From assembly GCA_000708835.1 (NCBI GenBank), contig DF237052.1, forward strand, positions 124,001 through 188,000: DNA of 64,000 nt, read 5' to 3'. Made by a program: the position numbers and the translations under genes. This DNA is from Klebsormidium nitens (lineage: Eukaryota > Plantae > Klebsormidiophyceae). The notes beneath the pieces are model-generated. The model was not told the DNA's origin, made no database searches, and saw nothing but the letters and a program-made list of their open reading frames with translations. Positions 42,601 to 55,767 of the stretch are shown one piece after another (the stretch's first letter is position 1; every line of letters starts with the position of its first letter).

Positions 42601-45600
42601 CAACCTCTTTCGAGATTGCACTTTCCCGTTAACAACCCGCCTCTTACTTGCCAGCGCTTTCCAAGTCTGGACGCTCATTGTGTGGCAGTCAAAGGTGCGA
42701 TTCAATGCAGCACATTTAGTCGTCAGAATATGGAGCGCATTCTCACTCACCTGCAAAGACTCCGTGTCGCACGGTGGGAAAACTCGGAACGTCCGTTGGG
42801 GGACCTTCCAGATGCCGTTGATGTGCGCCTCAGTCCAACTCGAGTTGACCATCACAACCTGAAGCAGCGCACAAATCATGTCAAAACCAAGGTGGAAACA
42901 CTCGGTCAAAGGCTGACACTGGCTGCGAAGGCAGCCAAAAGACTGGCTCTAATCATTCGCAGTCGGTTACTTACCTGCCCGTAATAGAAGTTGTAGGTTT
43001 GGGCTTTGGGCGTAGGGATGAGCTCCAATAAGAGGAGGACCCTTTTCTAGGCGACGCCCAAAACGTGTCTACGGTGCTACCAAAGTTACACCAATGATCG
43101 CCGTGTGCCTCGAGGCAAAGTCTATTTGTCTACCACCATATAATCTGGGCACAAAATCACGCTTGTATGGCAATCTAGAAGCTTAAAGCTTCTGCAAAGT
43201 GAAAGCGTGATTGCAAAGCACAGTTGAACATCGGCCTGGGGCCCACGCATAGTCTCTGGAAACTTAAGATCCTGCTCTTTGCAATCTCGGACCGCTTCTC
43301 CAAATTGGTGAGCAAAACCAGTGACCAAAAACGTTCGACCATGCAACTGGCCACGTTTCTGAGTGAACGTTGTCGACTCACACTCGCTCGCGCTCCAGCC
43401 AATCCAAACAGAAAAGCCATCAGGCGGGAATACCAAAATTTCACGCTCATTCTTCGCAAACTTTAAACTCTGTTCTTTGCAATATCGGACCGTTTCCCAA
43501 GTTCGACAAGCCCAATCAGTGACCAAAAACCTTCAACCATGCAATTTAACGACAGTTCTCGATGAAATCAGTGACTTACATCCGCTCGCGCTCCAGCCAA
43601 TCCGTACAGAAACGCCATCAGGCGGTAATACTGAACTTTGACGCCTGACAGAAGCCCGCTCTGCGCAATGGCCTGGTCGTTGTTGTACAGAGCGCGTCGG
43701 GACTTGACACGTGTCAGCATGTCGAGGCTGATCGTCGGGTAGTGGGTGTAACTCACGACTCGGCAGCCAAAGAGGCCTGCGCAACGGGGTAAATAAATAC
43801 CCGCATGATTCTAAGAGCGTGTTCCTTATTCAAAGTGACGTCAGCACAATGTCTTCGATATGTTGTAACGGGAAAGCCAGATATCCAAGGAAGCAAGCAA
43901 GACGGTATTCCAAACAGCCCCGGCTTCTTTCCAATGCGAGCATAATGTCTCAAGGTACAAACTGATGTGTTCTTTTTGGATACCAACAGCCGCGTATTGC
44001 AGTCCCTGCGCTGACAAACCCTGAAGTTCTAAGCAGAGAGAGATGGGACATCAAAAGGATCCGAACAGTTTGCACACAGAAACGAGAAAACATGGTAAAG
44101 CTGACACGTGTCGTTTGCTGTGGTGAGGAACAAAACTACCTGCCAGCTAACACAGGTAGTCCGTGCGTAAGACAGCGTAGTTATGACCCGGCCGAACTCG
44201 ATTTAACGAGATGCAAGCAACGTCACACCGGTGAAACTCACGGGCGAGCGGGTAGGTGAAGGCGTAACCACTGGTGTCAATGAAGACCTCCGGCATGAAC
44301 AGGTTGAGCGCCTCCCAGGCCAAGACAATGGAACCTAGGCTCTGACCCAAAATAGTTAAGCGCGGGTACGACTTGGCTTCAATCCAGGAGCGGCGAAAGA
44401 GTCGCGCCACCTGTCACAGTGTGATTCGCCGTTCTTTTAGCATCAAGTCTGAGTGGATGGATTGGGTAGTCGGCCTTTTGAAGGGCACAGTCTTCCAACA
44501 GCAAATGACAAGAACAAGGGCATCTGGACAAAACGTTTTCTGAACGCCAGTCTGGGATAATGGCTGCTATTCTCATATGTCAGAACACCTTGAATGAAGC
44601 TTCCTGATGATTGGCTATTGCTGGAGACATGTCTTCCTTTGAAGCTCGCTGCGGGGTAATGCACTCCAAAGCATGTGCTTTCATCTTGCGGGCTGCTTTC
44701 ACGTTCGGCCCCTGATAATCAGATGCACTGACCAATACAATTCTGGTCCACGCATCCAACACTTCTTTTCCTTTTACCCAGTGAGCCCATGTGAGCCTCA
44801 CTGAATCAGCTTCTCTGTTCATGACATCACGGTTGGAAATACTGGAGTGCTAGCTCCGCCTCCTTTGAAGTACCAGGGTCAAATGGACGCTTTGGCGCAG
44901 CAGATTGCAGAGTTGGAAAACAAGTAAACGAGAGCTTCAGAAGAGCAGGAAGAATAGAAGTTTGGCTTACGGAAAGAGGCTGGGGCAGTTTCACGCCAAA
45001 CTTGTCTGCGGCTCTTGCAGCCAAAGACTCGGGCGTCGCCATGTCCACAGTGTATATGATGACCTGCGCAACCGTGTGTTGTGATAATTCTCTGACTGAT
45101 TGCGGGAGGTGACGTTGCAGTACGGTACGTCAATATTTGTATTGGATTGATCAAAACAATAAATGCATTTCGAGGCGAAAGAGCCACTTGGGTTAGCGCC
45201 TGGGAGCAAAGTAAGCCCTAATGCCCTAATGAGGTCACTTTGAAAGCAGACCTATCAGCATCGCTCATTGGGAAAGCGCCATGACGACGCTCCTTTTTCT
45301 GTGTTCGTCAGGACTTAACAACAACAACAACAACAAAGGACTTAACTTGAACACTCTGCTGAGACTGTTGTAATATAGGTGCTCAAACACACACTTACCA
45401 GAATAAACACAATTCTGGTAAGCACACAATGATCCTGCCTTAGCACCCAACTTATTCACAACATGCTGAAATTTTGAGCAGCGAAAGGATACAGTGAATC
45501 TTGAAAAAGAGGGCTGAAAACGATGGCATTCCATCTGATTGAAACTCTTAGGTGCTCATTCCAGTCCCTGCAATTTCCACCCCGAGGTTTTCAAACTAGA

Positions 45601-45916
45601 AGAACTTGAAAAGCATGCTAGCAAGAACAGACACAATTCTGGTAAGCACGCAATTTTGGCGCACAAACAGAACTCAAGGACACTGTCTTACATCTGACTG
45701 TGGGCACTCCTCCTGAACTGCTTTCACTGCACACCACAGCACACGCTCGCCGCCCCCTCCGTCATTGGTGAATGGGTGAAAGAATCCGAAAGAACCTTTT
45801 GTCCTCCTTTCCACCCCCATGGACTTCATCCCAAAAAACATCATAGGTATATACAAAAACATGGGGAGGAAGAACGAGACGACTCCGATGAGGAGCCATT
45901 GCCAGACAGAAAGCAT
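39647..45916 (-). CDS. ALG11: GDP-Man:Man3GlcNAc2-PP-Dol alpha-1,2-mannosyltransferase (GT4), ~478 aa, 9 exons
   Basis: Exons 45692-45916, 44971-45063, 44242-44410, 43580-43776, 42751-42858, 42376-42444, 41815-41955, 40757-40946, 39647-39891. Motifs [76 protein letters not shown]-terminal membrane anchor. Confidence 0.96.
41040..41290 (-). repeat. Two intronic copies of the ALG11 exon 8 acceptor and start
   Basis: CAG|AGGAT(A/T)GA(T/C)GACCT... copies start at 41118 ([13 protein letters not shown]) and 41277 ([14 protein letters not shown]); real exon at 40946 ([14 protein letters not shown]). Confidence 0.9.
43250..43447 (-). repeat. ~198-bp tandem duplicate of the ALG11 exon 4 end, donor and intron start
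   Basis: Copy [21 protein letters not shown]|GTGAGT (43382-43447) versus real [21 protein letters not shown]|GTAAGT (donor at 43579). The downstream intron sequence is also duplicated. Confidence 0.9.
45317..45334. repeat. (AAC)6 microsatellite in ALG11 intron 1
   Basis: Direct reading. Confidence 0.9.
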
Positions 45917-47214
45917 GCTGGCGGATGCGCAAGCGGAGGCTGAAATTTGAATGCTTGCGTATTAGAGCGTGTTTGTGCCAGGCAGTTGCTTTCACCAGGG
46001 AAAGAACTCCCTATACTTCACAGTCTTCAGTGACATGGGCCGCCTGAGCTTGCAAATTCTGATTCCTTCGATCCTCTCACAATTTCATTCAAGCTGTCAC
46101 CTCTAGCTCTTGCCAGCCTTCGCCAGGTGGCACACGCTGAAGCGATGACAGCTGGCCACTTTGGATAGCCTATGACGTCATAATACCGTATGCACATCAA
46201 AAGCCAGTAAGCTCGTGCTCATTTATCTACCTAATAATGGTCACACGCAATAACAATATGTATTATGTACCGTATGCCATGAGAAGGAGGCTATGGCGAA
46301 ATTGACTACGGCGTATTTGAAAAGAGACATGATCGTCCACAATCTCGTTGCAATTACGATCATGACTGTCAATTTTATCAAATGCGCTCGGAGCAGTTTG
46401 GAAGCGCGAGCACTTTATTTTGAGTGATGTACCTTGCCTTGTATATCTCAAATTACTGATTCTGCATGGTTAATCCTTTCTATCATGCTTCTTCCGAGCA
46501 CGTGCTTCCATGCCTGGACGAGACTAATGATCTGAAACGGACAAGCCAAGTCTATACGTTTACCTATTTGGAGCATGGGCCGTAACAAGCCTGGTGCCCG
46601 GAAGCGGGTCCGGCCGCGAGGGCCATGGTACCGTGTCAACCGCACAGTCACCAGAGGGACATTGAAAGGCGCACGGTCCAAAAACTGCATGCAGTCGAGA
46701 GGGCCGGGAAAGCTAGACGAATGGTCATGGACAGCATATTTATGCTAAAGCGGGTTGGCGGTGCATTGAGCAGGCGGCAACAATTGGTGAGTGCTTTGCT
46801 TTCAAGAAAGATATGTGCATAGAGTGCTGGTTTTGTGTGCATAGGCCGCTTGAAGTCAGATCGAGGATCAAACAAATCAATGTAACAGCCGCCTGTAGTA
46901 TAGAAAGATATTATTCAGCAATCATTAATCCGTAACACGGGTTTCACTGTGAGGCCCCATATCCTCGTTTGGCCACACCTACATTACCAAGGGGGAGCCC
47001 CCAACTTACCTTGAACCTAGATACCACATTAAAGGCGTGTTTGGCTCAGCATGTCTTGCGGAGGAACATAAGTGACTACTATAGTGACTACCTAACCAAT
47101 CTCACCATAAAGCATACCTTCAAAATGACTCTCAAGATATTGGAGAATGTAAAACTCAGGGCGCCGAACATACTTCAACTAGAGGTTCAAACATTACGGC
47201 AGCAGGCAGGGGCA

Positions 47215-50200
47215 CTAAGTTGTTTCCGACATTAGTCGGTTCATGATCAACCGTTTCACTTCTTCCGCTCGAACATCCAACGCAACCTTGACCTTCGGCT
47301 GATCCACCCACGGGTTCCCATTCTCGCCCCACCTGCGTAATGAATGCGTGACCATTTCAGCAGGGAGGAGAGGAAAAGGTGAAAAGATGATGTGGCCAGC
47401 CGTAAGGGAGGACTTAACCGCGATCTGATAGGATTGTGAAGCCCCAAAAAGACGAAGCGAGTTTCGCTTCACTTTTTCTCTGTAGAATCAAACAGGTACG
47501 CAAACTTGCTCCATTCTTGAAGTGCTAGTTGTACTGCTCCTGGCCTTGTTTGTTTTGAGCGCAGGTCGATACGTCATCTTCGGCTCTCCCACTTTCAAAC
47601 TTTCATCAAGAAAGCGAACACGATCATTCAGTCAAGTGCCACAGAACCGTGGTGCGAGCCTCACTTTTTGGTCCCCATGTCTAGCAACGTGTGCCCTCTG
47701 CAGAGCCCCGTCTCCGCAACCCGCACAACGCCCTCCTTCCACGAGAACAGCGACGGGTCGATCGCCGCAGTCATTGCGGAAGGGTCGTGGACGAATATAC
47801 CTGCACGGGACAGCTGGCAGCATTAGGGGCACGTTGGTTTCTGACATAAGCGATCTATAAGCGGTTCAAAGGAGTATTCCCTGCGGAATGCTCTTAAGCA
47901 TCAGGGTCTAGCGTGTCTTTCTTGCGGTTGACAATGATCGGAGTGGACAGCCGCCTCAATGAAAGTATTTCAGAGTGGAAAGCTCAGTGAAATGAGAGAA
48001 ACACGAAAGTGAAACTCGCTGCGCGCCCTGAATTTTGCAGGACATCGAACATCAGATTCAAACGAGTGGCTTCGGAAACTGGTCATTTGTGGTGGATACG
48101 GAATCGTGAGGAGGTAAAGGAGAGTTTTAGTATGTCCTGGTGCAACGGTTGAGCAGTACAAATTTAAGCTCACCTTGTAGATGGTCTGACTTTAGATGCC
48201 ACTCCGCATAAAACTTGACGACCTCCGCTATGTACCGCCCGAACTTGGTGCCCGAGTTGCCAATCCGTTCGAGGTCCGATGCTGCGAAACGGCGGCAAGT
48301 CGTGCTCAAGATGGCTGACAAGTCCGAAGGCAGGGTGGTGTCCAGTGAGGGTCGCATCGACTAGACCGTGCGCAGTGGTTCTCAAGATTCAGCGTGCAAC
48401 GACCGAGATTAACAGATGGGTAGGAGTTACCAAGTTTTCTCGCTCGAATGATGCGTTTCAAGCGATCGAGCTTACGATGCGAAAGGCTTGACAATGGGCA
48501 GATGGTCGCTGACATAAATGCGAAAGAACGCGAGAAAGACTAGGTTCGTCAGAAAACAACGGAAAGGCAATCAGAACCTTAGAGCAGACAGAAAGGCAAA
48601 AGGGAGAGAAAGAAAAAGGGACAAGAAAGGAAGCAAGTGCGCGTACTTGTCAGCACCACCCGCTCCGTGACGTTGAGCCCCACTACTAGAACGTCAGCGC
48701 CGGACGTAAAGACGACATCTGCGGCCTTTGGGTCGCAGAAAACGTTGGCTTCGCAGGCTGGATTCACGTTCCCGCTCCGGAAGAAGCAGCCCCCCAGGAA
48801 CACAATTTGGGCGACCTTTTTGGCGAAGCTAGGGTCTAATTGGATTGCCTGCAGCAGAGTGAGAGACGAAAATGTACAAGCGAGCTTGCCAAAGTTGTTG
48901 TGCATCTCGATCTTACTCACTCTCCGTTTCTCCAGCGTGAGCGACGAGATTCACGATGAAAGTGAAGACACACGGAACGTTTGGAGCAGTATAAGGGTTT
49001 CGTGCTCTCAATGTCAAGCAACGGCTGGTGGTGGAAGTTGGTTATGAAAAGGACTCGGGACTCAGCAAAAGGCGGTCGACAATAAGAACAGGTGGACTAA
49101 TGAAGTTGCTCGTACTAGGGACTCCACAAGACGATGCGAACAACTTCGTAAGATAGACACGGTTCTCATGTTCCACAGTACTTCGGAGCTCCGTAATTTG
49201 CATCTGTCAAATATAATGGGCTCATCCTCAGAAATCCTCATCGCTTTATCATTCGAGCAGGATTAACAGGAAACTCGAAGGCTTCCAGGATACTTTTTGC
49301 CAAGCAGCACGAACAGAGGGGTTCACCTACATATACGAAACGAAGGGCGAGGCAAAAGCACAACGGGGAGAATGGAGAAAACGGCTCCGACACTCAGCCA
49401 GCCACGACCTGATAGAGATGGAGGACTTTCTGGATGTAAGCTGTCCAATACCTTGGCAATGTTTGTACAGGGGCCTAATGCAACGACCGTTATTTCGCCA
49501 GGCAATTTGTTGACAGCCGCTATTAGAAAGTCAACGGCAGCCGACTCGTGCGCCCTCCCAGATGGCGCCGCTGGATTCGTGTTTCCAAGGCCGTCGGTTC
49601 CGTGCACAAAGTCCGCAGGCAACGGCTCCTCGCCCTTCAAGAGAGGAGTAAAGTCAGCAAGTCGCCGTGGGGTATAGATAGAGTCTCTTTATGTTGATTG
49701 ACGAAATAGGATCGACAAGAGACGATCGATAGGAAAGTGCAGTAGTCAGGATCGAAGCCAAAGTTGAGTCGTACAGTATCGCAATGACTGATAATAGGAT
49801 CAATCTTGAGGGTAAAGCAACTCACCGACAAGAAGCAACATCTCTTAACGTGATGCAAAAGAGGAAACTGCTCCCTGCGCCCCAAGAAACTTCTGGATCC
49901 TCGACACAATCCTTCTCTTTTCATTACTGAGCCGCGTCACTCACCGAAAGCGGACGGGGCTCCCCCTGTGCGACAGGGATCGCGTGCTGCCCCGCAACCT
50001 CGCACAAGTGCAGTGCATTTGTGGTTGCGAGGGCCGTCGTCACATTGCCAAACACGGTTGTCAGACCGAGCACCTCGAGCTCGGGGGAGTTGAACGCCAT
50101 CAGAATCGCCATGGCATCATCTGCAGATTGAGTTTGAAAGGTGATGGGCATCTGGATTAAGTGGTTCGCACTTATGAGCTTAATCTAGTTTAAACTATGT

Positions 50201-51128
50201 ACTAGATTGTAGTACAGTCGGTTCAAGGATGGCCACGCAAGAGTCAGAATGTGTATGTGTATGTGTATGTGTAGGTGTCAGTCAGAAGCTTGGCTAACCT
50301 TTAGCTGAACGTCAGATCAAGCTTGGCCATCAGAGCTATACATGTACGGATTTCAATTATCCCAGGCCGAATGGCCAAGCTTCAATGCTCGTTCAAACAC
50401 CCACTTTGATCCATATTGCACATTCGTGTACTTCAAATAAGCAATATAACGTAGCGCGTTCTACCGAAAAGCTTTTGTACGAGGGAGCTGCTCCATCTGC
50501 TTCCTCTCGAGCACCAACTCAAAAGGTGCTCGACTGACCTGACTTGGTTGTAAAGGATAAAGGGCTCATGTATCTAAAGTCTGTGGTCTTGCTCAAAGTG
50601 GAGAATAGTTTGATTCAAAGACTCTGACTGAGTTGCAAGAAAGTCGCTACCCCCAGAATTTCATTGAAACTGTCTATACAAGCTAGCTTAGAGTGCAGCT
50701 GAGGGAACAACCACATCCAAAGGATTCAGCATTGCCTCGATAAGTCAGCAGAGGAGCTAGGATTAATCAACTAGGGTTCCCTTGGTTTTTAATGATAAAA
50801 ACGTTCTCATAGCCCCAAGAAAGCACAGCCTTTCCAATAACGATCTGGCACATTTGGGAGAAGGATCAGCGAGAAGTTGAATTGGAATGGTTGAAGTTGC
50901 ACAGACTCACACATTCTTCATGAATGTTAGAAACAGAGACCCTCGAATCAAAAGCCAGAATATCAGCTGGATTCAGCCAGGATCTTGTTGAATTGGTAAT
51001 GTTTCTTAGCTGCGCTTACCAATGCCTGGGTCCGTGTCAATTATGATCTTCTTCGCCTTGCTTTCCCTTGTCACATCTTCTGGCACCGCGTTGGTGTCCA
51101 CGCTACCTGACGCAGATTTGTTTTCCAT
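47215..51128 (-). CDS. URH: Inosine-uridine preferring nucleoside hydrolase (URH/NSH family), ~343 aa, 7 exons
   Basis: Exons 51020-51128, 49945-50120, 49452-49634, 48647-48848, 48174-48281, 47665-47800, 47215-47332. Motifs IIIDTDPGIDDAMA (DxDPGxDD Ca-binding), GLTTVFGN, DFVHGTDGLGN, GNVNPACEAN, HDP. Confidence 0.95.
50250..50273. repeat. (TGTGTA)4 microsatellite in URH intron 1
   Basis: Direct reading. Confidence 0.85.
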
Positions 51129-51578
51129 GCTATCAGGACAGTCCCCAGCTTTTCTTTCTATACTAAGCGCCCTGTTCGATCCACTTCAGCTGCAATTGGC
51201 ACAGAAACTTGGAAAATGAAGCTCCGTTGCTACCTGATAGGACTTATAATGCTCACTGTCAATGCATGAGATCTTGCACTTGTTTCTACCTCTTCTTGAT
51301 TGAGAAAGATCTTCTACAAGAGAATCAGCTCAGCAACTCAAAAGCATACCAAAGTTAGCGCCACCATTCAGACCAATTGCTTGGGCCGGGCACCATGGAA
51401 TTGTCGCATTGCCATTTGGTCAGCTGTGCGTGCTGCAGCAGCTCTCTAGAGTCTAGACACTAGAAGCGGCAACTAGGCAGGCCTCAAAAAAGGGTGTTCA
51501 ATCCGTGATCACGAATGATGGCCTATGTAGTATGAGATACGAATCCCGCGTTTTTGGGACGTATCCAATTTTCTTTTC

Positions 51579-51586
51579 CACGTGGC
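51579..51586. promoter_or_regulatory. G-box/ABRE-like CACGTGGC in the divergent URH-COL intergenic region
   Basis: Exact motif. A single short motif is weak evidence of function. Confidence 0.25.
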
Positions 51587-53015
51587 ACTCATAAGCCCAT
51601 GGGGTTCCTTACATAGCATTCTGTCATCACCAACTTGGTTATGATGAGAAACAATTGGCCCTTATGCCGCCAGTCAACTGGGTTTTATCATCTGCCTCAG
51701 GCAGCGGGCCGCCGCGATAGGCCATAATGATAGGCGAATCCTTTCATGCCTGGCCTTGAAGTTCCAATACGTTTGCAACATGGGTGGCCGTCATAGCGAC
51801 GGCAAGGCCGGGCTTGCCACTTCCCTTGATTATGATTCTGATCTACGGTTAATAAGCTGCCTTGGCTTCGATCGCCGAATTCTCATTTTTACGCTCTGGA
51901 TCTATTTGTGGTGGTACCAGCCAACCGAGCAAGCACGGACATGCACGAAGAGTGACGCTAAAGCTCACACCATGCAGCGCTCGGACCAAATTGTTCGATT
52001 CGTAAGCGTTGACCGCGCCGCTTGGGGACTCCAGTCGAGGAAAATCTCGCACCTTTATTCAGTCAGTTTTTTTATGCCGTACCGTACGATTTATCGTCGA
52101 ACAGAGCCAATCCAAGCAGCTCGGATGGCGGGCCCGCATCACGGCGTCGTACAGTGTCGCTGGGCCCTATTCCTATGTTTGCCTACTTCCTCAGAGGAAG
52201 TGGCAAGCCAATATAGGCATTTCCATCGTCCTGCTATGGAACCGTAGTAGGTCAAAGAATATCAGCTTATGAGCATTCTCTGGGTCAAAAGCAGAAAGCT
52301 CCGATAGGCTATGTTAGGCGGACGAACCAGGGGCGAGAAAAAGATCTCGTGGAGCTTCTTGTGGGTTAGGATGACTTGCGGATCCGCCGCTGACGTCGTC
52401 AGATATCCACTTCGGTACGCGCGATACGCCCCTCGCTCCAGCTCACCATCAGGAAATTGACCCCCACTTTCGATGCTTCCGTCGAACTAATCCACCGATT
52501 TTATCTGCATATATGTTCGACGTTAAACTGTAATATCGAAAAGTTGCCCGGCAAGTGGATCGAGTAGCGCGGAGTTGCAACCAGAGGACGGCTCTTGGCT
52601 TCTCTGCCACGAGAAAACCGCACGCTTCCTTCCTCCTCTCTTGTGGCAGGAATTGGTCTGGTGACTCCGCTCTGCGACTGCAGCGACCGCGTCAAACTTA
52701 CAAGTTGAAGTTACAGACGCGCAAGAGGAGGAAAGGAGAAACCAGGGAGGAAAGCAGGTTCTTGCTGGGGAATGCTTGTGGATAGGGTTGTCAGGGATCT
52801 CTTCGTGCTCAAGAGCTTTGGTCCTTGCTTTTGACAAGGGGTGCTTTCGGTTCTGCGCGGACGCTCGTGCAAATGGGTCGGGGTAGTCTGTAGCTTAGGG
52901 ATTAATTGGCTGTTAGCCCTAAGATTTAGGCCATAGTGTCTGCATTTCGACGTGTTCAAAAATGGTTCCAAGGTAGTCTCTAGACAGATCCCCCCTGGTC
53001 TTTCAGCCTCTCAAA

Positions 53016-55767
53016 ATGCCGAAGCAGTGTGATGCATGTCAGTCCCAAAAGGCAACTGTTTACTGCCGAGCCGATGTTGCTTTCCTTTGCAATGGTTGTG
53101 ACAGAGTGATCCATGAAGCGAACCCCCTGGCAAGAAGACACGAGCGGGTCTTTGTGTGCGAAGTCTGCGAGACACTCCCCGCAGTTGTAAACTGCAAGGC
53201 CGACTCTGCATTCATTTGCAACAACTGCGATAACAGCATTCATGGAGCAAACGGCCTCGCAAGGCGACACGAGCGCGTGCCGGTGACCCCCTTCTACGAG
53301 TGCCAAGATGCAGTCAAAGTTGCTCACATTCACTACCCCCCGTCTTTAGTTCCTGAGGGGCTGGCTTTGGAGGTCCCCCAGTTTTGTAGAGAGGATGACG
53401 ACTCAGCACTAGAGGCTGCTTCCTGGCTGCTCAACAAGCCGGATGAGGGGGGAAGTCGGGGTGAGGAGGGGGTGGATAAGCCCGACTTTTGCCCTCCGTC
53501 CCAGGATGGACAGGTTCCGAGCAACCTCTGTCGGCAGCCTTGTGTTAAGCAGACAAAGCCATTCGAGCTGCCAATGTTGATGCAAGTGAATGGGGGGGCG
53601 CGGGTGAAGCAGGAGACAGGCATGTTTAACCCCATGGCTGAGAAGCACAGAGGAGTAAAGGCTGGGCCGAGGTTTGGTGTCAACCCGGGGTTGATGCCAA
53701 GGGCGGAGGCGCTTGTGCCTTCTTTGGGGGGCTCAGGGGAGGTTCTGGAGCAGAGAGTCCCTGTGGTCCAAAAGGGAAAGAGCAGTTTTGCAGTGCCACA
53801 GCTCGCTCACAGCGTGAGTTGCCTGGCCGGTTCCCTCTAATCATTCTGGTCTGAATCATATTGAATGTCACTTGCTTGTGCCATGTCATTGTAGGATGGA
53901 TGTCGGATTGAGCTGGGTTGGATTTCTGTAGGAAATTGCTGGCAATTGAACCAGGCTGTGAGCAGTGCATCATTGCTGGAGGCAAAATGTGCGCCAAGGT
54001 TTGTTGGAAGCCACAATGCTATGCTTAGGACCTTCTGTGGACAAGGATTGTTTGAGCTGTTGTGATCAAATGAAGCGTCTGTTGCTCGACTCAGATTAGT
54101 GCAAAGGAAACCCTCTAGCTGAAGCGTCAGAGGTAAAAGAGAGTCAGAAGACTGACTTGAGAAAGTGGGTCTGACATTTTCATGAAAACAGCTCAATAGA
54201 ACAGGGCTGGAGAAGCTGAATGCGCAAAGGATGGTCGTTGTGATTTGGGTACAATCATGAAGCAGGTTGCCAGGTTCAGTGAAGTTGTGGGCAAGGTTCT
54301 CAGCTGGCCAGAGGGCTGACCAGTGGCCCACTTGGTCCTGTTCGTTTAACTGCATCTTTTCAATGAATAAGGGTCACTCAGGGGATTGAGGACAGGGATG
54401 TCCTTAGAGCAGTCTGCGTACTTCTGGGTGTTGTCCTCCAGGTTCTCTGTGACCTTTTCCACCCTATGCTTTGCCATCGGTGCGCAGATTCCCAGCCTAA
54501 CATTGTCAGTCAAATGCTGGAAATGTTTCTGGAAAAAACTCCATTGAGATTTATCATTTCCCTGCTTCAATTCTCCCAATGTAGTCTTCAATTGGTTGCC
54601 CCTTCCATGAAGCACTCCCCAATGTATCGGTCTTGGAGCTGATACCTGGTTGCAAGAAGTTATCAGAAGTTGAGAAACCATCTCTGTCTGCCAGGTGTCA
54701 TCCTGTCAGGTGCAATCATCAGATTGTGTTGACCTGTCTCTCCAGTGAGCACATTCTAGCGCCCCCCCAAATCGTGTGAAATCAAGCTATAATTCAGTCT
54801 TGTCTGAGGGGTCGAGAACTTGTCATTTTTCACTCAACCCACATCCTTATCTGCCAGGTGTCGTCCTCCAGTTTCGACGTGGCGCTTGTGCCGGACAGCA
54901 GCCTCAGCGAGGTGTCGATGCCAAGCCCCGATGCGGACGTGCAAAAGGGCGATACTGCGAAAGGGTTTGAGATGCCACAGAGGCTGTTGCACGTGGGGGG
55001 AGCGCCTCCGATGGACAGAGAAGCCCGGGTGAACCGCTACAAGGAGAAGCGCAAGAATAGAACGTGAGGCCTCTTCACTTTTATGTCACCCCTGCTAAAC
55101 TCAACTCTAGTTCCTAATGGGACTTGAAAGATTTATCTGGCAATCATGCACGGAGCCACCCACCTAAGATTCTTTGAACGATAAGGTAGTAGCTGTTTTT
55201 TTCTGAAGGCTTTTTTTGGAGAAACAGTGATTCAGCGGATGAGCAGATTGCAAGTGCTTTACTTATGAAAAGATCGGTGATGTCCGAGTTTAAGCCGCCG
55301 TAAGCGCTGTTGAAAGTGCAAAGGACTCTTGCTTTGGCAGGACGGTTGACATCAAATGTTGTGCCTTCCTTCGTATAGTTAGACAGACTTGAGGCCTCTC
55401 TGAGTCATGTTGTGTCGTCACGAACTTGGCTGGTAAATCGCTGGAATGTCAGTTAAAATTGAGACGCTTGGATGTCTCGCATCCTCAAAAGGCCGTCTTT
55501 TCTGGGTCTTCTGCTTGCTTATTTGTATCGTGACTTTTCTGCAGTTATGAGAAAACGATCCGGTATGCCAGCCGGAAGGCGTATGCCGAGAGCCGCCCCC
55601 GCGTCAAGGGCCGGTTTGCCAAGCGGGAATCAAACGTCTCCATCACCCAAGGCATCCCAGTCTCTCATATACCGGTCTCGCAACCCTTCCCTTCCTACGA
55701 TTACAGCATGTACGGTATGGTCCCCGACGGACTGCCCTACGGCATGATGCCCGTTTCCTACTATTAA
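53016..55767 (+). CDS. COL: CONSTANS-like transcription factor (two B-boxes + CCT domain), ~408 aa, 3 coding exons
   Basis: Exons 53016-53813, 54858-55063, 55545-55767. B-box1 [41 protein letters not shown]-box2 [49 protein letters not shown] motif, [47 protein letters not shown]. Acceptor at 53001-53006 indicates a 5'UTR intron. Confidence 0.96.
54687..54704 (+). repeat. Short decoy copy of the COL exon 2 acceptor and start
   Basis: TCTGCCAG|GTGTCATCCT versus real TCTGCCAG|GTGTCGTCCT (17/18 identical). Confidence 0.65.
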
